Shown: piece after piece, positions 35,850 to 44,609 of the stretch | Position numbering within the stretch: position 1 is the stretch's first letter | Layout: each line of letters begins with the position of its first letter | Sequence record: PP496444.1 | Strand: one strand, 5' to 3' | DNA length: 64,000 nt | Program-made: the position numbers and the translations under genes | The notes under the pieces: model-generated | The model's input: only the letters and a program-made list of their open reading frames with translations | Told to the model about the DNA's origin: nothing | The model's database searches: none

Positions 35850-37042
35850 GTGGTCTCCTCAGCTGGGGCATAGTCTACCCATTCAGCGTCAATATAATCG
35901 TGTGCGTAGATGTTGGAACCACCGATCCACTTGCCTTGGGTTGCCGGGGTTGCTCTCACTACATCGGGATTGTTGATGTAGAACCCACCGATGACCGGCA
36001 TGCCTCGCCCGTTACGGCTTGGCTCGCTGATATCCGTGATTATCTCACCTGCGTCGAATTCGAGCACTGACAACGAAGACGAAGGAGCCGCCGGTTGCGT
36101 GATCAATACCTCGATATCGAAGTCTAAAGTAAGCTCTAGGGCCTTGATGCGGGGTTCAACCACATCATGGTAGCTTTCGATTGAATTAGCATCGAGGTAC
36201 TTTTTGACGATATCCCGGAAGTCACCCCCGTAGAAGTCCATGTCATAGATGTCGTACCAGCCGTCCAAGGCATTGATCGGTTTGTTGCGATGGTGGCCTC
36301 CGATAGTCGGGTACGGATACGGCAGCGGGGCACCTTGACCGATGAAGAACCCACCAATGTCGAACGGCGGGTATGGGTAGTCTCGCAGCTTGCCGACACG
36401 GAACGGCTGGCGAATGTCTTCGTTGATCTGTTCCTCGATATCCTCGGTGAACAGCGCCACGTCTTTGATGTTGACGCCCAGCTTGAACCCGATGATGTTG
36501 GAGCAGACCCACATGAATTCTCGGGCCAGTACCAGCAGCTGTGCTTCGGTTAGCAGATCGGGTGCACTGGTAGGGGATGCCTCCAGTCCGATCAGGATCT
36601 CGCAGTTGTTCAGCCCGACCAGCTCCGGGTCATCTGCCCATGCCACCCCGTTGGCGGTTTGCAGTTCGATCTCACGCTGCACCCGTGTGCCTTCGTAGAT
36701 GGTCGCACCGATGCCCAGCAGGCGAAGGATGAACACCAGTCCACGTGACGTACCTTTCAACCGGTAGATCATGCGGGTAACGCCGACCAACGAACGGTCT
36801 TCGATAGCCGCACCGGCAGAACTCAGGATGCGCTTGATCTCCTCGGCACCGAACTCATCCGCACCAATGCCCGGATCGTACGCATCACCTTGAATGTTGA
36901 ACCGCTCCACCATCTCTTCCACGTTAGCATAGTGGTTGGTCAGCGAGATGAAGTCCATGATCGCTGACACTTTCTGGAAGATGGGGCGGTCGCGAAGTTT
37001 CTCTGGAACCAGCTGAATGCTTGGCAGGATCTCCATAGCCAT
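35846..37042 (-). CDS. baseplate wedge protein (gp7/gpI-like)
   Basis: YRLKGTSRGLVFILRLLG motif; follows the gp6/gpJ-like gene. Confidence 0.6.
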   Translation of the reverse strand: MAMEILPSIQLVPEKLRDRPIFQKVSAIMDFISLTNHYANVEEMVERFNIQGDAYDPGIGADEFGAEEIKRILSSAGAAIEDRSLVGVTRMIYRLKGTSRGLVFILRLLGIGATIYEGTRVQREIELQTANGVAWADDPELVGLNNCEILIGLEASPTSAPDLLTEAQLLVLAREFMWVCSNIIGFKLGVNIKDVALFTEDIEEQINEDIRQPFRVGKLRDYPYPPFDIGGFFIGQGAPLPYPYPTIGGHHRNKPINALDGWYDIYDMDFYGGDFRDIVKKYLDANSIESYHDVVEPRIKALELTLDFDIEVLITQPAAPSSSLSVLEFDAGEIITDISEPSRNGRGMPVIGGFYINNPDVVRATPATQGKWIGGSNIYAHDYIDAEWVDYAPAEETT

Positions 37043-37045
37043 GGC

Positions 37046-38530
37046 TTAATCCTCTGTAACGACGGTGTAACCCGTGGAGAGATCGCCGTCATCAGGCCCA
37101 AAGTTAGCCAGTTGGGTTTCGTCTGTGGTGAACGTGACGCTCAACTCTCCGGGGATGAAGTACTGGTAGAAGCGAAGTTTCTTGTCCTTGATTGGCGTCT
37201 TGACGTACACCCGAGTTACCTTGTCCAGCTTTTGCCCGATGCCGCCGGTGAAGAACGTTCCACCCAGCTTGTAGCACTGCGCTAGGCGTTGCTTGGCAAT
37301 GGCTGATTCCATCGTGGTGGTGTCTGCCGTCTTGTCGATGACCAGTACCAGCTCAAGGTCAACCCGTACTGCAACCGGATCGATCCACACAATGCCTTCA
37401 GCACTGATTTTGAACTTGGCCAGGTAGTCCAGCAGCGCCAGTTCTTCCAGTGGGGAAAGTGCATGGGTATCGTCGAACAGGTAGGCAATGGCGCAGCGGC
37501 AGCAACCCTCCTGCTTACCGTCATCCCATGCACCACCTGCAGCAATGCACGCCTCCTTGCTCCACTTGTCGTCCAGACTGCATTCGCCCCGGTGGAACTT
37601 GGCGTCCAGCATACCTGGGTACGACTTCACCAACGCCTCGTGGTCGCTCGGTGTCACCATACGCCTTTGCGTCGAGTGATAGGCCGGGGCCAGCGTGGCG
37701 ATCTTTTCCAGCGTGTCTGCAGGGTAGAACGGGGTAGACGCTTCGATGGCTTGAGGCGTCATGAACGTGGAGTCCAGTGCTACCTTAGGCAGTGCCAGAT
37801 TGAAACTCGCCAGTGCACGGGTATCAATGACTCGCAGATACGACAGCGACACCTTACCGTTGAACGGCAGTCGGTAGCCGATGGCCCCGTCACCTGATTT
37901 CAAGGCCAGTGCGTCTGGGAGGGTGGCGATAGGCAGCGCACCTTCGTACATGTCGTCGGTGAACTTGCTGTTCGGCACCACGGCGTCTTCTACAGTTACC
38001 TGAACGAACTTGTTGTCCACGGTCATCACGTCTTCGACGGGGATCACGAACGTGTAGAAATCGGTGTCGGAGTCCACGAACGTGTCGATGGTCTCCCATG
38101 TGCCTAGCAGCAGAGTCAGCTTGTGCGTACCGACCGCCAGGTACTGGGACTCGCGCAAGGAGAGTGGTTGGCTGTCAACGTAGCCGAACGGTTGCTCGCG
38201 CAAGAAGTAATTCGCTTTGGTCACCTGAACCGTGACATCGATGGTCATGGCTGTACACCGGTTGACCGGATAGTCCAGGTGGTACGCGATGTTCAGGATG
38301 GTGCTCTGGAGTTTTGCAGTGACCAGCGAGCGTTCCCGTAGCAGGGACATACTGTGGAAACGCAAAAATGCCCCCAGGCCAGCAGCCAATTCCTTGACGA
38401 CTGTACCTGTGGACATGCTGAAATAGTCTTTCCACTTTGCTGCGTCGTCTTGACCGTCCAGAAATGCATTCAGGTCGTCCAAGATCGTGGCTTGGGAAAT
38501 GCGACTGGGATCTATGATGGTAGTGCCCAT
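37046..38530 (-). CDS. baseplate wedge protein (gp6/gpJ-like)
   Basis: TAKLQSTILNIAYHLDY and QRRMVTPSDHE motifs. Confidence 0.75.
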   Translation of the reverse strand: MGTTIIDPSRISQATILDDLNAFLDGQDDAAKWKDYFSMSTGTVVKELAAGLGAFLRFHSMSLLRERSLVTAKLQSTILNIAYHLDYPVNRCTAMTIDVTVQVTKANYFLREQPFGYVDSQPLSLRESQYLAVGTHKLTLLLGTWETIDTFVDSDTDFYTFVIPVEDVMTVDNKFVQVTVEDAVVPNSKFTDDMYEGALPIATLPDALALKSGDGAIGYRLPFNGKVSLSYLRVIDTRALASFNLALPKVALDSTFMTPQAIEASTPFYPADTLEKIATLAPAYHSTQRRMVTPSDHEALVKSYPGMLDAKFHRGECSLDDKWSKEACIAAGGAWDDGKQEGCCRCAIAYLFDDTHALSPLEELALLDYLAKFKISAEGIVWIDPVAVRVDLELVLVIDKTADTTTMESAIAKQRLAQCYKLGGTFFTGGIGQKLDKVTRVYVKTPIKDKKLRFYQYFIPGELSVTFTTDETQLANFGPDDGDLSTGYTVVTED

Positions 38531-38547
38531 ACGTTCCTCGGTTTCGG

Positions 38548-38931
38548 TTAGGAGGCTGGGCGTTTAAGGTCGCCACCAACGGAATAGTTACCGTCCAAGC
38601 CTTGGATATAGAAGTTCAACTGGACGTAGTACATCTGAGCGTCCATGTAGGGAATAATCGAGGACGTCTTCATGTCCAACCGAAGGCGGGGTTCATGCTT
38701 CTGCACGTTGCCCACGAAGTGAGCCATGATCAAGGAGGCCGTGTCGGAATCGATGGGCTCGAATAACAGGTCTCGAAGGTCTGAATCAATGTCGGGTCGA
38801 AACAAGCGCTGCTTCTTCCCGGTGTTCATCAAATTATCCAGCGCCTGATAAACCGCTGACTCATTGACCTGCAGCGGAAGCCCGGCCATTGGATCATTGC
38901 TCAAGTCGCTGTAGAGTACCGTGATTGCCAT
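38548..38931 (-). CDS. gp25/gpW-like baseplate protein
   Basis: LDNLMNT.K..RLFRPD..SDL..LLFEP..EPR. Confidence 0.85.
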   Translation of the reverse strand: MAITVLYSDLSNDPMAGLPLQVNESAVYQALDNLMNTGKKQRLFRPDIDSDLRDLLFEPIDSDTASLIMAHFVGNVQKHEPRLRLDMKTSSIIPYMDAQMYYVQLNFYIQGLDGNYSVGGDLKRPAS

Positions 38932-39066
38932 GTCCGGCTCCAGCTTGCCGCCCGTATACGCTCACAGGCGGGGTTTTACGTAATGAGTGGTTAAATGGTA
39001 CGTCCCGATGACTAACGAGCCCACCTGCCGCCGCTGGGGGCCGTTACAGTCCAACCTGATTCCACG

Positions 39067-39564
39067 TCAGTTCTTGCCGCGTAGTTCCAGTGTGCTTGCC
39101 GACGGTGTCGGAAAGAACTCTACTACAGGGTCTCCCTTGGAATCAGTGAAAAGCCGCTCCGGTAGATTAACCTCAGGGATTGTCGTTGCGGCGTTGGAAG
39201 CCGCTGACGGAGATAAGCTACTGGGAGGTGGAACGGCTACCATTTTTTCCTTTTCGTCTCCGTCCTTGGAGCGTGTCGCATTGAACCTGGAGTACAGCTC
39301 GCTGATCTGACTCTGTTGATTTCGGAACTGCTCCGTGGTTTCCCGGTTGAACTTGGTCTGGGTAGACACGAAGGAGATTACCGTCTTCTTCAAAGCATCG
39401 ATGTCAGCACTCACAGGCGCTTGCTTGGCGTAACGATCCTCCACAAAGAAGTATATGGAGAATACCGCGACGACAATAGCTATTACTTGGGTAGGCGAGA
39501 GACGGATGGCAGAAACTTCTGTGTTAGCAGAAGGCGCGCCTCCGTTTGCGGGTTGACCAGCCAT
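39067..39564 (-). CDS. hypothetical membrane-anchored protein
   Basis: TM segment VIAIVVAVFSIYFFV followed by a coiled-coil region. Confidence 0.65.
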   Translation of the reverse strand: MAGQPANGGAPSANTEVSAIRLSPTQVIAIVVAVFSIYFFVEDRYAKQAPVSADIDALKKTVISFVSTQTKFNRETTEQFRNQQSQISELYSRFNATRSKDGDEKEKMVAVPPPSSLSPSAASNAATTIPEVNLPERLFTDSKGDPVVEFFPTPSASTLELRGKN

Positions 39565-39602
39565 ACTACCGTCCTCTACAGGCCATCAGGCAGTGGGTTA
39601 TC

Positions 39603-40610
39603 TCAGGCGAGGAATCTGTGTAAGCCCGAGGAATATTTGTTCTGGTACATGGTCATCACCTTATTGGACGCGGTGGTGGCTCTATTACCAGATCGGTTAA
39701 ACGACATATGCAGCCAAGGGCGGTTCCCGTGCTCAAAGATGAACTGGTCATAGTTGATGTTGTCTTTGACCCAATTGGCACGATCCCAATACTCTTGATT
39801 GCTAATGCCGGGCCACTGTACATCGATGGCTTGCCCCGTCTCATGTTGGGACCTACCATTCTGCTGTGTACGAAAACCGGAGTTGAAGGAGAAACCTGGG
39901 TAGGCGTCCCACAATGGTTCCAGTATATGCTCGGCCAATGCCTTGAGGTTGCACACGATCTCCTGTTCCGTCAAGCCCCGTTGAGCCTTGATGGTGTGAG
40001 GGAACGCAGTCTTGATCGACACGTTAGCCAGCGTAAACCTTGCGGATAAACGCATGCCGTAGTCCAGCGGTAGAGTAATCATGGCGCAGTCAGTGATCGG
40101 CGTAACTCGGTCTGGCGGGGCTACCGTGTTCTCTTCCTGCGCGGGTGTATCGATTGGCGGTGGAGGTGAAGTCTGGGGCGCCGGTGGGTAGCTCATCTGC
40201 GGAGTACCGGGACTGGTCTCGTATTCATCCGCGAAGGCATCGTAACCGACATTCCGAATAAGCTTGGCTGCGTTCTCGGGGCTGGTCTGATCCACCGGAA
40301 TGATGGTGGCGGCAACAATCTCCACCTTACCCTTATCCGATGTACCGTCACCTACCAGCACCGTGGGCGAACCGGTCATGGGCGCGTCATTGTCTTGGAA
40401 CCCATCACCCATGCGGGCGACCGGAAGACCGTTGGTGAACACCGTGGCGCTACCCACTCTCTGCGACGTGGGACCGGGTGGACCAATCCAGGTGTCAGTG
40501 ACTCGTACTACAGGGAAGCCATTGACCATGTGGTTAGGTGATCCAGACACTGCCACCCGTTTAGCGTTTGACAAGTCTGGGCCTTGCCGGGCCACTGGTT
40601 TCAATGCCAT
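39603..40610 (-). CDS. PAAR-repeat spike-tip protein fused to a peptidase M15 domain
   Basis: PVARQG, GSPN.MVNGFPVVRVTD, GSATVFTNGLPVARMGD, GSPTVLVG; C-terminal NSGFR..SQH..G.AID and WLHMS. Confidence 0.8.
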   Translation of the reverse strand: MALKPVARQGPDLSNAKRVAVSGSPNHMVNGFPVVRVTDTWIGPPGPTSQRVGSATVFTNGLPVARMGDGFQDNDAPMTGSPTVLVGDGTSDKGKVEIVAATIIPVDQTSPENAAKLIRNVGYDAFADEYETSPGTPQMSYPPAPQTSPPPPIDTPAQEENTVAPPDRVTPITDCAMITLPLDYGMRLSARFTLANVSIKTAFPHTIKAQRGLTEQEIVCNLKALAEHILEPLWDAYPGFSFNSGFRTQQNGRSQHETGQAIDVQWPGISNQEYWDRANWVKDNINYDQFIFEHGNRPWLHMSFNRSGNRATTASNKVMTMYQNKYSSGLHRFLA

Positions 40611-40619
40611 GTGCCCACC

Positions 40620-41258
40620 TTACGGGTTGTCCTGAATTTGTCCAGCCTTACGTGTCTCGATACCGATGGTGTTGGTATCCTTGGCACCTTCCACGTTCTC
40701 AGCCAGATTGCCTTTGACCAGTACCGCGCTGTCGCCCACCACTTGCCGTGAGAAGTTCCTGCCGACAACCTCGATCAAGTCCCGCTTGGCAGTTCTGATG
40801 ATGTCGCCGTCGTTGGTGAACTTCTCTGTACTGCCGGTATGGTGAATGAACGTCACCTCGCCGCTGGTAAGGTCTGTGATCCACTGGTTACCCGACGCAT
40901 CGATCTGGCCGTACGTGGTGGGGTAGTTGGTACCCGACACGTCCGTCTGTTGCGTGCCCGCCGACTTCCAGAACCCGGTGTATATCGGGAAGTGTGGGTC
41001 TTGGCTGGGGAACTCGATGATCAGCTCAGAGCCAACGATGGGAACACCGAAGGAACTGGTACCACCTCCGCCACCCTGATCAGCAGGAACCTGAGCGTAG
41101 CACCACGGCAGTGAGTCCACGTCTCCGTCGATGAACGGCGGAATGCGGCACTTCACCCGTGAGATGCCACGCGGGTCTTGGTTGCTGACCACGATGCCTT
41201 TGAGCGGCTGATCGAAGAACCGCCGGGGCTTCATCACTTGATTGATAGAAAAGAGCAT
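40620..41258 (-). CDS. baseplate central spike (gp5/gpV-like OB fold + beta helix)
   Basis: GIVVSNQDP...RVKCRIP..PWC..G...P.VGS...F...DP.FP.Y.G; short beta-repeat C-terminus. Confidence 0.85.
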   Translation of the reverse strand: MLFSINQVMKPRRFFDQPLKGIVVSNQDPRGISRVKCRIPPFIDGDVDSLPWCYAQVPADQGGGGGTSSFGVPIVGSELIIEFPSQDPHFPIYTGFWKSAGTQQTDVSGTNYPTTYGQIDASGNQWITDLTSGEVTFIHHTGSTEKFTNDGDIIRTAKRDLIEVVGRNFSRQVVGDSAVLVKGNLAENVEGAKDTNTIGIETRKAGQIQDNP

Positions 41259-41276
41259 GTGAACCTCTCGCGCCGG

Positions 41277-42098
41277 TTAGAAGTATTCCGGCTTGAACTG
41301 CTCGATCTGGACTTGGAATTCCTTTTTCAACTTCTCCTGACGTTCCTGATCTTCCATCACGATGATGTGGCGGCGGATCTTCGAGCATGCAGTCAAGTCA
41401 CCGGCTGCGCGCTCCAGCTGGCGGGCGTAATCTTCAAGCTCGCTGATCTGTTTGTCCAGCTTGAACGTGGTCTCACCCTTCACGTACTTCTGGATGTAGA
41501 ACTTGCGCATCTGCTTGTTGTACATGTTGCGGTAGGTCTTCTCGTACTCCGCCAACGCTTCGGCTGGCTTCATCTTGAGCGGACCCTTTTGCACTTTGTC
41601 TATCTTGACAGTGTGCACGACATCCTTCGTTTCTACCTGCTTGATCGTCGGCAGCAACGGGTTCTTCTTGTCAGCTTGGGTTTGCGTCGGGATCTGCGCG
41701 ACTGGCTTTTCCTTGGCAACCTTGACGGTGGTGTCCACCTTGGGACGTGCACGACCGAGGAAACCCGCGACGTCGTCTGGGCTGATCCACTTCGGCAGAT
41801 CCTTGACCGGCAGTGCAGTCTTGCGCACCTTGTTGCTGGTGCACTTGCCCAGTACCCACTTGCGGGTGGCCGGGAACTCTGCGACTTCGCCGTCGTCGAA
41901 ACGGATGAACAAAGTCTTGTCCGCCACGCTGCGCTTGGATACGGTGCCGATGAAGATCAGCGGGTCCTGCTTCTTGCCGTCGTAGTTGATAACGAGCCGG
42001 TCACCCTTCTTGAAGTCATCAATCAGGGCTGACGTTTCGATCTCTTGCTTGTCGTGCGACGACGTAGAGCGGGCCGGGTTAAGAGTCCGAATGCTCAT
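41277..42098 (-). CDS. hypothetical protein with N-terminal Tudor/SH3-like domain
   Basis: KKGDRLVINY..FIGTV..IRFDDGE; paralogous to 58935..60083. Confidence 0.75.
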   Translation of the reverse strand: MSIRTLNPARSTSSHDKQEIETSALIDDFKKGDRLVINYDGKKQDPLIFIGTVSKRSVADKTLFIRFDDGEVAEFPATRKWVLGKCTSNKVRKTALPVKDLPKWISPDDVAGFLGRARPKVDTTVKVAKEKPVAQIPTQTQADKKNPLLPTIKQVETKDVVHTVKIDKVQKGPLKMKPAEALAEYEKTYRNMYNKQMRKFYIQKYVKGETTFKLDKQISELEDYARQLERAAGDLTACSKIRRHIIVMEDQERQEKLKKEFQVQIEQFKPEYF

Positions 42099-42166
42099 TA
42101 TTTTCTCCTGTTCGGGCGCTGTGCCATGTCATTCAAATCATGCCCATAATTAGGCCTTTTGTGTGT

Positions 42167-43330
42167 TTAGCGGACGTTGCCTTTGAGGGCAGCTGGCGCT
42201 TCCCGACTCATCTCAACCCGAGTAACCATGGACCCGTTAACGATCCGTCTTGCGACCATGTTGACCAAGTACATACCGGTATACGTCTCGGAGGTTTGCT
42301 TGTTTTGGTTGTTCACCTCAAGCTCATCATCCTTGAACAGTACCAGATCCAGTAGCCGCACTGGATAGAATTCATTCTTGAACGACACGTCCACCGTGCA
42401 GGCGGAATAGCTGCACAAGTAGTTCAGGTTGTTGATGTAGGACTCGTTGTACCGGGCGTGCACGTTGTCTCCGGCGAAGGAGTTCGGCACCCGACGAATC
42501 TTGACATCCGCGTTTCGGCCCAGTGTGGCAGATGCAGCCAGCAGAGTGGACACCGTACTGCTCCGGCCAATGCTGCCGCCGCTGTCCAGGTTGTACTCCA
42601 GCGTTTCCAGACCATACCCGGCGAACTGGTTCAGCAGGCCATTGGACAGCTGAATGGTGTACTCACCTTCAATGGCGATTTGAACGCTCTTGGATTTCTG
42701 GTCCGGGGCGGTGGCGCCATACGTGAAGATGTATGACGGTGCCAAACTCAGCATGGCCTTCAAGCTGCGGAACCGGAAGATGGAGTCCGAGGAAATGCCG
42801 ATCAGCGGGACGTTGTTCAGGCCCACATCCGTACGTAGCCAGGTGCTGTTGACGAACGCCCGGTCTGTGGTGTACGGCTGAATCCACTTCATCTTGTCCG
42901 CCGACGCCGGAAGGTTGGTGTCGAACTTCATGTTGTTCCGTTCGGCTACCCCGGCCATCACCTGCACGCCCGACATCATCGAGGTAATCTGCTGGTGGCA
43001 GTCGTTCACGTAAGACGGATGATAGGCCAGCCCCGACAGGTTGAACACGTACTCCGATTGACCATTCCGCTTGATCTTGGGATTCAGAATCCAGAGGCGG
43101 TAGTCCATCATGTTGTCCGCTGTCCGGCCAATGGAGATGGTCAGCGGGTTACCTTCGTTCATGTTGTACAGCACTTCCTTGTTCCCCGTGGAGAACGTCA
43201 TCTCGAACTGCGGCAGCTCCCCGCCCGCGCGCTCGATGATCTGGAAGTCCGTCAACTGGTCTCCCGTCAGGAAGTCCTTGATGGTGCCGATGGAAGCTGA
43301 CAGGCGCCACTGGCCGTTAACGCCGATCAT
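42167..43330 (-). CDS. baseplate hub protein (gp27/gpD-like)
   Basis: 387 aa; position between the gp53-like and spike genes; MKWIQP, LLDLV..Y.G.YLV. Confidence 0.65.
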   Translation of the reverse strand: MIGVNGQWRLSASIGTIKDFLTGDQLTDFQIIERAGGELPQFEMTFSTGNKEVLYNMNEGNPLTISIGRTADNMMDYRLWILNPKIKRNGQSEYVFNLSGLAYHPSYVNDCHQQITSMMSGVQVMAGVAERNNMKFDTNLPASADKMKWIQPYTTDRAFVNSTWLRTDVGLNNVPLIGISSDSIFRFRSLKAMLSLAPSYIFTYGATAPDQKSKSVQIAIEGEYTIQLSNGLLNQFAGYGLETLEYNLDSGGSIGRSSTVSTLLAASATLGRNADVKIRRVPNSFAGDNVHARYNESYINNLNYLCSYSACTVDVSFKNEFYPVRLLDLVLFKDDELEVNNQNKQTSETYTGMYLVNMVARRIVNGSMVTRVEMSREAPAALKGNVR

Positions 43331-43716
43331 AATGGAGAACTCCCGTACGACGTGGTGGCGACACCTGACGACTTCAACGGCTTGAGCCGGAAGTACAGGT
43401 CCTCCAAGTCCGAGACGCGGAAGTAGTTCATCACGGTACCCACCTTAAGCTCGGTGAACAGGCACTTGTTGTTGTAGTGCATGAGCAAGGCCCAGTAGTC
43501 CACCGTGCCGTAGATGGTGTACGACAGGAACTCCGGGTGATACTCGTCGTCTGCGCCGACCAGCAACGTACCCGCCTTTTCCAACAACGAGAGCTGCTTG
43601 AGGAACACGCTGCTCAAGGGGTCGTACATGTCAACCCCACCGGCGCTGACCACCTGAATGAACTTCTCCAGATCGTATCGGCCATCACCTTTACTTTCGT
43701 CAATGATGAAACCCAT
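43327..43716 (-). CDS. gp53-like baseplate wedge protein (LysM-like)
   Basis: HPEFLSYTIYGTVDYWALLMHYN matches RPD.ISY..YG..DYWW.I..YN. Confidence 0.75.
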   Translation of the reverse strand: MGFIIDESKGDGRYDLEKFIQVVSAGGVDMYDPLSSVFLKQLSLLEKAGTLLVGADDEYHPEFLSYTIYGTVDYWALLMHYNNKCLFTELKVGTVMNYFRVSDLEDLYFRLKPLKSSGVATTSYGSSPL

Positions 43717-43724
43717 GACTCACC

Positions 43725-44600
43725 TCAATTAAGCTTGGCCGCGCCGGAAGTCAATAGGTCCTTCAACTGCGCTGTGGTCTTGGTGCCTATCGCGGTGGCA
43801 CTGGCATAAGACTTATCGAACTCCGAGGAGATCTGATCCAGCCGTTGCTGATTGGTAAGCGAAGGGGTTGCGGCGGCAACGGCGGGCGCGGAGGCTGTAG
43901 CCGTTAGGCTGGACAGCAACCCTAAGCCTACGTCGCGGAAGTACGCGAGGAACTCTTGGTCGGATACCAGACGGTACGGTTGCACCGTCAAGGAACCTGT
44001 GGCGTACAACGGCGTGCCGTCCACGGTGATGGCTTGGGAGAACTCGAAGTTGGCGTCTACCAAGATCAAGTTGGTGGCCCGGAACCACTGGCCGATCTCA
44101 AGTGTCCATGTACCCTGTGCTTCGGTCTTACCCGAGGGCAAGTAGCCGCCCGGCGGGGTGAGGAATGCCGAGAGGAAGGAATCGACGCCTACCTTTTCGT
44201 TCTTCCCTTCCCCGATCCGTGGATACAGGTAGCTTTGCAGCTTGGCGGACTTCAGGTGTACGGGTTCCTCGCTCTCGTTGTAGCGCACGATGGCGATCTG
44301 CAGCGGGAACGTGGGGCGCTGTGTGCCGTTCCAGGTAGACACCGTGTTGAGCAGCGTCTTGATTTGGAAGGTCTTGAAGTCCGTACCGAAGGCGATGTTG
44401 GTCGCCGTGGTCAGCTCGGTGAGCTTCTGGGACTTGTCGTTGAAGAATTGTTCAAATGGACTCTCATAGTTGGCCGAAGAGTTGATACCGAACGGCGCTG
44501 TGATGATGCACTTGAACTGATAGAGGTCTAACTGGTGGGAGAGGCGAATCGTATGATCCGCACTCCCCATCAGCGCGTTATAGTCTAAACCGGCGCTCAT
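43725..44600 (-). CDS. tail tube/baseplate junction protein (gp48/54-like)
   Basis: Position downstream of the tape measure; beta-rich core; call mostly positional. Confidence 0.55.
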   Translation of the reverse strand: MSAGLDYNALMGSADHTIRLSHQLDLYQFKCIITAPFGINSSANYESPFEQFFNDKSQKLTELTTATNIAFGTDFKTFQIKTLLNTVSTWNGTQRPTFPLQIAIVRYNESEEPVHLKSAKLQSYLYPRIGEGKNEKVGVDSFLSAFLTPPGGYLPSGKTEAQGTWTLEIGQWFRATNLILVDANFEFSQAITVDGTPLYATGSLTVQPYRLVSDQEFLAYFRDVGLGLLSSLTATASAPAVAAATPSLTNQQRLDQISSEFDKSYASATAIGTKTTAQLKDLLTSGAAKLN

Positions 44601-44609
44601 GGTATCCCC

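Noticed and set aside
38948-38978. CCGCC/GGCGG hairpin followed by GGTTTT in the gap before the gp25-like gene
   Set aside because: Short stem oriented against the operon; too weak to call a terminator
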